64,000 nt of DNA, from positions 1 to 64,000 of the IMG/VR virus record IMGVR_UViG_3300037455_000245; one strand, given 5' to 3'. This document shows positions 44,196 through 54,716 of the stretch, piece after piece (the first letter of the stretch is position 1; every line of letters starts with the position of its first letter). The position numbers and the translations under genes were made by a program. The DNA comes from a virus (Duplodnaviria; Caudoviricetes). The notes beneath the pieces are model-generated. The model was not told the DNA's origin, did no database searches, and saw nothing but the letters and a program-made list of their open reading frames with translations.

Positions 44196-45590
44196 ATGGG
44201 AAAGAATAATAACAAGAAAACTCCTGCTGTTGAGGCTCCTGTAGTGGAGGCCAAGCAGGTAGAAGAAGTGGGTGGAAAGTCCGCTACCGCCACCATCGTC
44301 GATATGGCCGCAGGTAAGGGCTTAACCCAAAGCGAGAAGCTGCAGTTTGCCACAGAGCTGCGCCATCGCGTGTCCGAGTTAAGAGAAGAGGACAATCCTC
44401 CTCTCGAGATGATTAAGGGCTACAACATGATCCGCGATATCACATTCATTGACCTGGCAGCAGGTGAGATTGCATGTGGTACCAGCGCGACTGGTTTCAT
44501 ATTCTCCGGAAACGAAGTTGCATACAAGGCTCTTTGTGGTCTTGCGTTGACAATGGGCGTTAAGATGCCGGACTTCAAGACTCTGCCAGCTCCTACAAAG
44601 GAACAGCTGCACAACGCTGGTCTGGAGGGTATCGGTGAGACAAAATATGTCGCCATCGAGAGCAAGGACGTGTCTAAGGAGACCAAAGAGAGAAAGAAGA
44701 AGGAGCGTAAGCTCAACGACGAAGCAGAGAAGGCTGACAAAGCCTATCTGACCGACCATACCAAGATTGAGACTCCTGAACAGCTCGGTGAGGCGCTTGG
44801 GTTTCAGTTGGTTAACCTTAAGGTTGCTAGTCCAGTTGAGCGTCTTATCACAGCAGCTCAGTTCTACCGTTCCTATCTTGAGGCTCGCGCCGAAAAGTCG
44901 GACAATCCGGAAGCTGAACTTGCTAAGATCCACGAGAATTCTCTCGCTGATCTGCTTCAGGACATTAGCACTATGGTGCCCCCCACCTTCGCCATTGAAG
45001 GCTTCGGCAAGCACTTATGCAAGCTTGCGGAATCTAACGGAAGTATTATTCCTGCGTTCAACCTGTTCCGCAAGGCTTCCATCAATAAGACGACGGGAAA
45101 GTGCAAGTTCTCTGATGAGGAATGTGCAGTCCTGGTTCGCGTCATTATTGTATGGAATGCAAGCGCTCAGATCGCAAGTATCAGTAAGGATATCAAGCTT
45201 CTGAACAAGGACGCTAAGGCTAACGCCAAGGCTATTGAGCAGTGTACTGCTAAGATTCAGCATCAGCAGGACATCATCTCTCTCGCATCAGAGCCCGATT
45301 TCGATATCGCTGACAACTTCATTGCTGCATACAAGGACAACGAACATGCTAAGCACAATCTCGCTGTAGCACTGTATAACAGCATCATATCTACGTACTA
45401 TCCTGACGCTGATATCCCTGAGTTGGAAGTCGATACTGCATTGTTGAACGTTCAGCAGCGCATCGGCATCATCATAAACCTGTTCAACTCTGAGCTTGGT
45501 AAACGTGATGATTATTCTGAAGAAAACCTGATTGCATTCTCCACCGAGGACGAAAAGCCCAAAGAAGGTGAAGGATCAAAAAACTCATAG
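44196..45590 (+). CDS. hypothetical protein, 464 aa (TAG stop)
   Basis: Long ORF, biased codon usage. Confidence 0.85.
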   Translation: MGKNNNKKTPAVEAPVVEAKQVEEVGGKSATATIVDMAAGKGLTQSEKLQFATELRHRVSELREEDNPPLEMIKGYNMIRDITFIDLAAGEIACGTSATGFIFSGNEVAYKALCGLALTMGVKMPDFKTLPAPTKEQLHNAGLEGIGETKYVAIESKDVSKETKERKKKERKLNDEAEKADKAYLTDHTKIETPEQLGEALGFQLVNLKVASPVERLITAAQFYRSYLEARAEKSDNPEAELAKIHENSLADLLQDISTMVPPTFAIEGFGKHLCKLAESNGSIIPAFNLFRKASINKTTGKCKFSDEECAVLVRVIIVWNASAQIASISKDIKLLNKDAKANAKAIEQCTAKIQHQQDIISLASEPDFDIADNFIAAYKDNEHAKHNLAVALYNSIISTYYPDADIPELEVDTALLNVQQRIGIIINLFNSELGKRDDYSEENLIAFSTEDEKPKEGEGSKNS

Positions 45591-45662
45591 TGGTCATTAA
45601 GGGAAAGGGCAAAGCCTTGATGACCAAAGTGAAGAATTACATTTTTGCTTAAACTGTGAGCT

Positions 45663-46154
45663 ATGAAACGGTTAACTACAGTAATATGTTGTATCTGTCT
45701 TATGGTAGCGGGAATCGGTCTTGCTATATATGACTCAGATACGCATCTCAATGAGCTATATGCTGGCGAACCGGCTCCATTAGTATGGAATATCCCCAAT
45801 GGGGGTGTGATACCACTCGATCTCCGATTGGATTCGGAAAAGAGACAACCTGATATCCAGATGCGAGACTCTATCAACATCATCGATTCTATTCGATGGG
45901 TTGATAAGTATCGTTATCGTATAAAGTATAAAACTGTGTCTGATCGCACAACAGCACGGGAAGCAGGTGAGCATCCGGACGGTGTCAATCCAGACACCTT
46001 AGCTGGACGTACTGCAACAATTTGTGCGCTGGAACGTGAGGAGCAACCCAGCGATACTGTTGGCACTCCTAAAGTGCCATCTATACAGCTTTCTGTCGGC
46101 GGAAAAGTTGTATATTCGAATGACGATAATCACTCCACGGGGGAGAGTCAGTGA
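45663..46154 (+). CDS. membrane-anchored hypothetical protein
   Basis: N-terminal hydrophobic helix. Confidence 0.7.
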   Translation: MKRLTTVICCICLMVAGIGLAIYDSDTHLNELYAGEPAPLVWNIPNGGVIPLDLRLDSEKRQPDIQMRDSINIIDSIRWVDKYRYRIKYKTVSDRTTAREAGEHPDGVNPDTLAGRTATICALEREEQPSDTVGTPKVPSIQLSVGGKVVYSNDDNHSTGESQ

Positions 46155-48270
46155 GGATTCACTGGCTCTCCGGCCATTGGGCATCCCGCTTAGTCCACGT
46201 CAACGGTCTCATTAGCCGGGACGAAAGAGTACAACTTGATCCGAGAATATGTCGAGCCCCAAAGGCAAACTCAAAAGGTAGGATGAAATGCTGTATAGTC
46301 ATACGTACTCTATGACAGAAAAGTATACAGTAAGAGGTGTGAGAGGTGTATCAACACCTTGCTGCCTCCCGAGAACCGATTGGTGGGGAGGATTGCCAGC
46401 TAAACTCTCGTAAGTCGCAAGAAGCGCAAAATGAACCGTATCGACAGATCTACTATAATGATACATAGTAGTAGAATAACGTTACACGAGTTGAACATAC
46501 AGTAAAGATGCCAAACCCTGTATGATGTATCAATTCACTATTGCTGTAGTCCAGTGTTCCACGCAATCCAGGGCGTGTATGAAGGGATGAAGAATTATCT
46601 GAGTATATGAACCTAGCGGAAGGTTTGACTGTCCGCGCCGTACCGTAACTACGGTCCTTGAAGAAATCCTTCCTGTGTCGAGACAGGATGACCACCTTTG
46701 AGGCCAAGGTCCCAATGGGTCACCGGGGATGGGGTGCTGAGGAAAATATGATGAAGATGACCGCCAGGCTTTGGTCGTTCAAGCGGTATAAGACACGTGG
46801 AATTGATTCGTGCTAAAAGTAAATGACCACCAGTTCGATGCAGGAACTGATTGATTAGTAGCGCCTAGAGGCGTGATTGCTGCCCGAGTGAAGGCCGGGA
46901 TGAAAGCCTATTCAAACGGCACATAGTTCTAGTAAGCAAGAACTCACTGTGTAGATGGGAGATGTACCAGAGGAAATGCTGGAGTCGAAGGATGACAACC
47001 TGACAGTCAAAACCAAGTTTTTTACAATATCGGTCGATTCGAGGTCTATACATACCAGTGTAGAAGGAGATCGCCAACGTCTGTATAGGATAATATAGTA
47101 GAACACTGATATACTATATCAGCGAGAGTAGTAAACTCGTGTGCGGTATATCTTTAGTTACAAGCAAAACTATATGAAAGTAGCCAGATGAAGTTAACAT
47201 GTTGAACAAAATTAAGTGTCCCTCTATGAAATCTATTACGTTATGTATAATCGGGATAGAGTCCGCTACCTCCTGTTGTATGGGAGAACATAGCCATTTT
47301 AGACGTATGATAGAGAAGCTTGAGTGCCAACCGTTTCTGAGAAGCAAGTAGCAGGATAGATAATAGTTTGGGGTTAGACTGCAAATCTAACTAATCGGCT
47401 TAGTCTATGAAGCAATATACGCAAACGATGCAAGGCAGCCTATCGCAAAATGAAATCACCTCACTGTCTATGAGGGGTAAAGGAAATGAGTAATTAGTCC
47501 GTCGAAAGATGGTTCGCTGATGAAAAGGACTCGATGAAGTGGCGCATTAGGTGGGTGATAAATCTTATAGCGTATGAGGTGGAATTCCTCCAGTATTCGC
47601 GCACTATAAACAGAAGCCAGCAGCAAAGCTGAATGTACAGTAAAAAGCCGTAGGTCCATCATGGGTTCTGGAGCCCTAGGCCATGTCCGATAAAGAAACA
47701 CGTTCCTCTTGACGTGAGATGCCACATGCTGATAAACAACGAAGCCAGATCCAACTGGAAAGCAAATGGACGAGAACGTTAATGTTGCTGTTAGTCTCGT
47801 AAAATATTCAGAAGCATAGCAGACAATCTTCGACACTTATTTGGAACGTACAGCGAGAAGATACACTGCACCTTATTGGTTTACGTTATTTGCATCTATG
47901 AGCACTAGGCCGTGACCATCGTAAGATGTAGCTACTCTGCCAACGAGCGCAAATAATATTTTACAAAAACTAAATATTGTGTTTTATATTTGGTGCTTGA
48001 TTGCACAACTGGCAATTAGCGCTTTTGATCCTTATATAGAGATGGGCTTGTATATCCTACCGTTGGATTCCCGTCGTACGAGTTGAGCTTCACTTTGAGG
48101 AATATAGAAGTATGACAACTATGTAAGTAAACGCGCTTCCCATGAGCATAGCACAACCAGAATAAGAAACAAATTAGAAACACAACATACTTTTTATAGG
48201 CAACGTCCCGCCTTAGAAGTGGACAAGTTCATTACCTGATATCGTTGGTTAATCAATAACGATGTCAAAA
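46155..48270 (+). ncRNA. candidate large structured ncRNA region
   Basis: 2.1 kb with no credible sense ORF and many hairpins. Confidence 0.4.
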
Positions 48271-48282
48271 AGGATATAAGGT

Positions 48283-48900
48283 ATGGCATATAACGAAATG
48301 GATATTGCCCTGGAGTCAGTACGACCCCAGGTTATCAACATTAGCCGCACGCTCCCAACTGGAGCAAAGTTTTACAAAGTAGAAGCAACTGACATTGATC
48401 AGGGCTTCGAAGAGCGCAAGAATCAGCTGATGGCTGATCCTAACACTCCTGAGTTTATTTTCAATCGTTCACCGCGCGTCATCGTGTTGAAGGACTTCAG
48501 CGTGAAGAGCCAGGACTTTGAGGTCGACATTGACGGCAACAAAGTGGTGGTCTTCAATAAGGGTACGAATGAGCAAGCCCAAGCAACGATCGTTGCTGGT
48601 GGTGTGAACTTTGGTCAGACCACCGATGAGGCCATGAAGGATGCACTTCGTGGGCAAGATCGTATCTTTGCCGACGGCATTAAGACCGCCACAAAGGTGA
48701 ACGCTCTGAACGCAGCTGAGCTCTCCCGTGTGGAGGCCATGATCAAGTACTGGACTGGAAAGGCTGATGCCATCCGTTCAGCAATTGCTTCCAACAGCAA
48801 GAAGGTCAAGGACTACCAGGACGTTCTCGCTAAGTTCCGCAAGGATATCGATTTGTCTGCCGGAGACGGCGACGGCTTCGCAGTACAGGTTGAAGGATAA
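48283..48900 (+). CDS. hypothetical protein
   Basis: 205 aa. Confidence 0.8.
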   Translation: MAYNEMDIALESVRPQVINISRTLPTGAKFYKVEATDIDQGFEERKNQLMADPNTPEFIFNRSPRVIVLKDFSVKSQDFEVDIDGNKVVVFNKGTNEQAQATIVAGGVNFGQTTDEAMKDALRGQDRIFADGIKTATKVNALNAAELSRVEAMIKYWTGKADAIRSAIASNSKKVKDYQDVLAKFRKDIDLSAGDGDGFAVQVEG

Positions 48901-48902
48901 GT

Positions 48903-49505
48903 ATGGCGAACTCGGTTGATGATGCAAAGCTGCAGGCTCCCGAGTTAATATCGCTCTTACTGAAGGAACCAAAAATCCTTCAGAAGATTGTATTGGCTAT
49001 GAAGCCTAAAGCGCGGGGTTACACCAAATGGAAGGTTGTACCTGAAGAAGAACGAATTTATCTGGGAAAATATTCCTGGCATGGATTTGGAGAATTCTGG
49101 AACAATCTTATCAAATGCTGTGATCACATCTCTTTCGACGATTTCTACATTAAAGTGTGGGATGCGTTGGTTGAGATGACTGCTGGTACTGAAGCACACG
49201 AAGCCGTGCTTGAAGGACTTTCTCGTGAAGTTCTCATGCAAGGCATCCACGCAAAGGACCAGAATATACTTCATCGATTCTTCGATGTATGTCGACATTT
49301 AACATCCGATGGATATTGGAGGGACAAGGGACTGAAGCGGGATAATCCGCCTCACCACCATTTTAAAGGCTGTCCGTATTCTGGTGATGTAGAAATAGAG
49401 GTAGAACCTCATGGCCGACCGCGACCTGGAGTATTTCGGGTGGTAGACTCGGTTGGAGATGCATTTGAGATTATTAATGTGAAATGGTTAGGTGGACGTC
49501 ATTAA
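48903..49505 (+). CDS. hypothetical protein
   Basis: 200 aa. Confidence 0.75.
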   Translation: MANSVDDAKLQAPELISLLLKEPKILQKIVLAMKPKARGYTKWKVVPEEERIYLGKYSWHGFGEFWNNLIKCCDHISFDDFYIKVWDALVEMTAGTEAHEAVLEGLSREVLMQGIHAKDQNILHRFFDVCRHLTSDGYWRDKGLKRDNPPHHHFKGCPYSGDVEIEVEPHGRPRPGVFRVVDSVGDAFEIINVKWLGGRH

Positions 49506-49788
49506 ACGGGTACGTCGGGCCTCTGCGGGGGTCTGTAGTTATTGGTCTGAGGGCTGGTGCTACAATTGGTATCTGTGTTAATGATAACACTTAAACAAGT
49601 CGCACAAACGTTTTAAGTGCGCTCAAAATAGACACAACAGCTATACTTTGATTAGGAACTCTGCGGGGGGCCATATAGTCAAAGTATAGCTGTCAGGTTT
49701 CTAATGAAGTGATTTATTAGAAACTGCAAGGTAAATGATGCTCGAATTCAATTTTAATTAACATGTCTAACTAAATCAAGAATTGCTT

Positions 49789-50334
49789 ATGACGAAATCA
49801 ATTAAATTGAATGCATCGAATATTCTTAACATTAAGAAGAAGATTGATAACGATATTACAAAGTATAGCCACATTATCCGTGAGGAGAATTTGATATCTA
49901 AGAAGGCTATTGAGGCTGGTAAGGGTTCAGGCTTTGATCTTAAAGCTCTGTATAATACTATCCAGCAGCTTCGTACTAAGCGTATTATGCTTAAGGGTAT
50001 GATTCAGTATCTTAATATGGGTACTACTACGTTTAATTACGAGGATTTTAAGAAGACAAACTATTATGCTATTTTCTCTGCTTGTGAGGCTAAGGAGGAT
50101 ATCACTTTGTTAAAGATGATTAAGACTCTGGACCCCAAGACTAAGGCTCAGAAGGGTAAGAAGACTCTTGCTATGAAGGAGACTTTCTCTAAAGAGAAGA
50201 TTGCACAGCTGATACACGATCAGCAGCTTGAGGCCAACAAGTTTGACGCTATTCTGGCTAAGTTCAATACTGATACTAGCATCGAGATTGATGAGAGCAA
50301 CAGTGATGACTTTAAGGAGTATATTACAGCGTAA
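49789..50334 (+). CDS. hypothetical helical protein
   Basis: 181 aa. Confidence 0.8.
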   Translation: MTKSIKLNASNILNIKKKIDNDITKYSHIIREENLISKKAIEAGKGSGFDLKALYNTIQQLRTKRIMLKGMIQYLNMGTTTFNYEDFKKTNYYAIFSACEAKEDITLLKMIKTLDPKTKAQKGKKTLAMKETFSKEKIAQLIHDQQLEANKFDAILAKFNTDTSIEIDESNSDDFKEYITA

Positions 50335-50449
50335 TAAAAATTGGCAGGTTATAACAAAATAAGGGCGTCTAGACAGTTCGATGCTGTCAATAACCACAAA
50401 TGGTGAGTTCCACACCTATAACATGTAAAACAATTAAATCATTATCAAA

Positions 50450-51370
50450 ATGTCACGAAAGAATTTTAAGGTAGACACTGCCGCAAACGGTCAGACTGCC
50501 AAACAAGATACAAAACACGCATTCAGCGAAATAAAGCGCGAACTTGGCGTAGTTGAGAAGACTAACGTTCCTACTGGAAAAGTCAAGAATACGGAAGATC
50601 GCCGTAAGGCACGTGAAGAATCATACAAACAGTTCCGCGTGAACGCTCTCAAACGACGAGCGCAACGCATGGGCTTAACGGAAGAGCAGACGAAAGTAAA
50701 AATAGATCAGCTGCTCAAACAGATGGATGAGCCCGCTACGTATAATATGATCGTAACGTATCATGTCAGCGACAAGGATATGCTTATCCAAGCTCTAAAG
50801 AAGGAGGATATAGTATGGAAGATTATGGTAAATCCTACTCGACGCTGTCAGGATGCATATTGCATCATAGAGGCAGACAAGGATGTACTCGATTATCTCC
50901 GTGGATTGAATATCCCGACGCTGAAGATCTATCCGTATGTCAAGAAGAAGCCAGCTATAATAGAGGCTCTGTCAAGGAAGAAGAGTGATTACGTTGCTAA
51001 GAACAATGATAAGTCTAAGACTCCGAAGGGTATCCGCAATGCACGAAAGGCTATGATAGTAGCCGCTATGATCGAGCATCTTAAGGAACTCAAAGCTAAT
51101 GGCGTCATCAAGCAGACAACCGCAAACATGCTCAAGCGCACTTATGTAGCAATGCATAATGACCACAAACTTGCTGCCAAGTTGCAGAAAGAGGTGCGTA
51201 CAAAGCATGAGCGTAAGTTGAAAAAGCAGGAAATGCTGCTCAAGAAGAAGCTCGAGAAACGCCGTCAGGAGGCCAAGAAGCGTAAGGCCGGTACAATTGT
51301 ACCTATGAATGCTAAAAAGGCCTCAGAGAGCCCCAAAACAGCCTCTAAGACGCTCAAACAGGCCGCATAA
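50450..51370 (+). CDS. basic hypothetical protein ending LKQAA
   Basis: 306 aa. Confidence 0.8.
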   Translation: MSRKNFKVDTAANGQTAKQDTKHAFSEIKRELGVVEKTNVPTGKVKNTEDRRKAREESYKQFRVNALKRRAQRMGLTEEQTKVKIDQLLKQMDEPATYNMIVTYHVSDKDMLIQALKKEDIVWKIMVNPTRRCQDAYCIIEADKDVLDYLRGLNIPTLKIYPYVKKKPAIIEALSRKKSDYVAKNNDKSKTPKGIRNARKAMIVAAMIEHLKELKANGVIKQTTANMLKRTYVAMHNDHKLAAKLQKEVRTKHERKLKKQEMLLKKKLEKRRQEAKKRKAGTIVPMNAKKASESPKTASKTLKQAA

Positions 51371-51399
51371 CCTATGTTCAAATTAATATACAAATTGAT

Positions 51400-52188
51400 A
51401 TGGGACATAGCAGCATTCGTCCTAAGGTGCGTCGAAGAAAAGTAGCTGCCCTTGCAGCCTATAGCCGTAAGTTTACCGTTAGGAATAATACAATACACAA
51501 GCTAGGATTGAACTCTAAGAATGTTGTAGTAATGTTCAAGGAGATACCGACTGCTAGGTTTGATACTCCTATATTCGGTAAGATGTTTGAGATAGATAAA
51601 GACGGTCATTATCATCTGATTGAGCGTGAGTTTGATCCGACACCGATGCTGTTGAATCATAAGCAGCCGAAGCGACTTATGAAGTATAACAGAATTGATA
51701 AAGACGGTAATCAACGTAATGACTTTGTCAAGTTCTTCCCCAATTATCCATACAATCTTCCTAAGATGAACAAACAGGAGTATATGGAGAAGCTTGTACA
51801 GCATAAGTTGGCCAAGTGGGAGAAGAAAAATCCTAAGCCACAACAGGATCTGTTTGACAAAGTAGAAGACTGGGAACAGCGACGATTCCTAGCAGAACAA
51901 CGATTCAGAGACTTCGTCGTCTCTGTCTACGACCCTCTGACCCTCATAGGACGATTCGTCCTAGGCGCGGGTAACTCAGCTACCTATCAGGAAAAGAAGA
52001 TAGCTGAGATAAAAGATATCAACGGAGAAGGACACATGGTCAACCATTTGTCAAAAAATTCAAAGTTGATGAAAAAGGCTCAGAAGATTACAAATCACAC
52101 AAAGAATAAATATCCAAGTTTGGTAGCATGTAATCTGAAAGACCACAAGAAGCAGCATGGCAGGATAATCTTGCCACAGGCTGCGTAA
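51400..52188 (+). CDS. basic hypothetical protein ending LPQAA
   Basis: 262 aa. Confidence 0.8.
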   Translation: MGHSSIRPKVRRRKVAALAAYSRKFTVRNNTIHKLGLNSKNVVVMFKEIPTARFDTPIFGKMFEIDKDGHYHLIEREFDPTPMLLNHKQPKRLMKYNRIDKDGNQRNDFVKFFPNYPYNLPKMNKQEYMEKLVQHKLAKWEKKNPKPQQDLFDKVEDWEQRRFLAEQRFRDFVVSVYDPLTLIGRFVLGAGNSATYQEKKIAEIKDINGEGHMVNHLSKNSKLMKKAQKITNHTKNKYPSLVACNLKDHKKQHGRIILPQAA

Positions 52189-52281
52189 CCTATATGGGAC
52201 CCCCACTACAGAGAATGTACTTCGTCAGCGAAACGGAGTGTACAGCGATTGCACGGTGGGGAACAATTAGACATGTGAAGT

Positions 52282-54156
52282 ATGATTATTAAGAACAAAC
52301 TAGTCGTTGTTTACGACATAGAAGTATTTAGTAACTGCTTCCATTGCTGCTGTAAAGATACAGAAAGCGGAGACATCATAAAGTTTGAAATAAGTGAAAG
52401 AATCAATCAGCTCGAAGAGCTGGTTGATTTCTTTTACTATAATTCGCAGGACAGAATGTTCTGTGGGTATAATAACAAACATTATGATGATGTTATCATA
52501 AATTATATGATAGACTATCATTACAAAATGGCGCAACTGCCAGTTAGTAAGGTATGTCGTTCGCTATTCAATTTATCGCAGCTAATCGTCGATGATGAAA
52601 TCGACGGAGTATCAACATTCAAACGATGGAAGTACGCTAATTACTTCTATTCAATGGATTTATTGACTATGATGTTTAGTCAGAAGTTACGTGTCGGCTT
52701 AAAAACGATGCAGGTAACGATGCACTATAAAAATGTGCGGGAGTATGACGGCGACTTCAACAAACCAATAGCCGTCGAAGATATTGACGATATGATATCG
52801 TATAATATCAATGATGTAGAGTCTACTACTCAGTTGTTAAACCAGCTGAAAGGGCAAATAGACTTACGTCTCTTCATAGAAGAGGAACACGGAATTGATT
52901 GCTTGTCAATGGATTCTGTTAAGATGGCAGAGACCTTCCTGTTGGAGAAATACTCCGAGAGGTCAGGTATTCCCAAAAATGTAATAAAGGAAATGAGATC
53001 TCCCATGGATTATATTCCGTTAAGAGATGTTATTCTGCCATTTATATCCTACAAAAACCCAAAGTTACAGAGTCTCTTAGAAGAAATGAAGGAACAGGTA
53101 GTTTATTCTAAGGAACGAAAAGGCTACGAGAAGGAGTTCGTCCTCTCGAACGTGGTGTATTCTGTGGGAGTGGGAGGTATACATACCAAACACGACCCAA
53201 AGATATTCCTCCCAGCCGATGACGAGTTTATAGGGCACGCAGATGTGGCGTCGATGTACCCGTCTTTATTGATAGAATATCAGTTTGGACCTCGTCACTT
53301 GGGGAAACTATTTTGCGAGTTATTTGCCCAACTGAAAGCCGAAAGGCTAGAAGCAAAACATACAGGTCAGAAGATTAAGAACTTGTTCCTAAAGATTGTG
53401 CTAAACTCTCCTACTGGTAAAATGCAGCAGGAGGTATCGTGGATGTACGATCCGTTTAACGTTTTTAAGATAAGAATAAATGGTCAGTTAATCCTTCTTT
53501 TGCTCGTAGACAGGCTTTTAGAGCTTGGCTGTGAAATTATACAGTGCAACACCGACGGTGTCGTCTACAGGGCTAAAAAAGGCCTTAAATCGGCTATTTC
53601 AGATGCTATTACCGAAGTTGAAAAACTTACGCGTCTAGAATTCGAATCTGATGAGTATGAAGCCTTCTATCAGTACGCTATCAATGACTACTTTGGTGTC
53701 TTGAAAGGCGGTGAGATAGAAGAAAAAGGTATGTTTATTACGAAGCGAGATGACAGGAGACTGGGCAAAGGTCTCGCACCTGTGGTTATACCAAAGGCAG
53801 TAATTGCATATTTCACAGAAGGAATTCCTATTGAACAATATATAAAATCTGATGGAGACATCAGAGACTTCTTAATGTCCCAACAAGTCGATAAGAAGTT
53901 TACTGTGCTGCACGGGGAAAATCGAGTACAGCGCATTAATAGGTTTTACGCAAGTACAAATGGTGAATATCTGTTTAAACAAAAAGATGGAGAAAACCCA
54001 GAGAACATGTTAACAAAGTCAGGAGTAACAATCTTGAACGAGTTATATGATACGACTGTAGAAGGTCGAAAGATCAACTATAGGTACTATATCAGCGAAG
54101 CCAAGAAGATTGTTTCTGACTTCACTGAACAACAATTAGAACTATTCAATCTATGA
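52282..54156 (+). CDS. polB: DNA polymerase family B
   Basis: Exo YDIE and GYNNKHYDD; pol DVASMYPS, KIVLNS, NTDG. Confidence 0.95.
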   Translation: MIIKNKLVVVYDIEVFSNCFHCCCKDTESGDIIKFEISERINQLEELVDFFYYNSQDRMFCGYNNKHYDDVIINYMIDYHYKMAQLPVSKVCRSLFNLSQLIVDDEIDGVSTFKRWKYANYFYSMDLLTMMFSQKLRVGLKTMQVTMHYKNVREYDGDFNKPIAVEDIDDMISYNINDVESTTQLLNQLKGQIDLRLFIEEEHGIDCLSMDSVKMAETFLLEKYSERSGIPKNVIKEMRSPMDYIPLRDVILPFISYKNPKLQSLLEEMKEQVVYSKERKGYEKEFVLSNVVYSVGVGGIHTKHDPKIFLPADDEFIGHADVASMYPSLLIEYQFGPRHLGKLFCELFAQLKAERLEAKHTGQKIKNLFLKIVLNSPTGKMQQEVSWMYDPFNVFKIRINGQLILLLLVDRLLELGCEIIQCNTDGVVYRAKKGLKSAISDAITEVEKLTRLEFESDEYEAFYQYAINDYFGVLKGGEIEEKGMFITKRDDRRLGKGLAPVVIPKAVIAYFTEGIPIEQYIKSDGDIRDFLMSQQVDKKFTVLHGENRVQRINRFYASTNGEYLFKQKDGENPENMLTKSGVTILNELYDTTVEGRKINYRYYISEAKKIVSDFTEQQLELFNL

Positions 54157-54716
54157 TAATTGAATTAGACACAAAACTTCTGGATGAATTTCCAGATCTA
54201 ACTATGAATCAGTATGTATTCCTAAGTATGGTATTGGGTAAGAATCAACCAAAATATCAAGACGTCCGCAAAGTTGTCAGCCTTATAAGCGACGAAGAGA
54301 TATCATACTTAGTTTCTCATGAACTAGTAACCGCGATCGAGAGCGGTGAGTCAATTACATATCAACCGACAGATAAGCTAATATCCTCGGTAAAGAAAGA
54401 GAAAGATTATTTCGATCTCTTTTACGATATGTACCCAGTGTATGTAATGAGATCAGATGGGAGTAAATCTTATCTGAGAGCCAATGTAAACAAGTGCCGT
54501 CATTTCTTTAACGCCAGGTGTGGGGGAAGTTCTGCAATGGCGGAGCACCTTATCAAATGCCTTGATTATGAAATATCTAAGCGCATGCGAGAAGGTAGTC
54601 TCAGTTATATGATGACTATGTGGAATTGGTTAACTCGTTCACAGTGGGAAGCGATTGAGGAAGAGATGCAGGATACAGATAAAAATGTAGCTTCTTATGG
54701 AACAGAACTTATCTAA
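54153..54716 (+). CDS. putative replication initiator / helicase loader
   Basis: FDLFYDMYP motif; lies between polB and dnaB. Confidence 0.6.
   Translation: MIIELDTKLLDEFPDLTMNQYVFLSMVLGKNQPKYQDVRKVVSLISDEEISYLVSHELVTAIESGESITYQPTDKLISSVKKEKDYFDLFYDMYPVYVMRSDGSKSYLRANVNKCRHFFNARCGGSSAMAEHLIKCLDYEISKRMREGSLSYMMTMWNWLTRSQWEAIEEEMQDTDKNVASYGTELI

Noticed and set aside
44379-45263. Long antisense ORFs here and similar ones at 1035, 7277, 22479, 23461, 56395
   Set aside because: Shadows of codon-biased genes on the opposite strand
47510-47545. CTGATGA as a second hammerhead
   Set aside because: No stem II followed by GAAA and stem III
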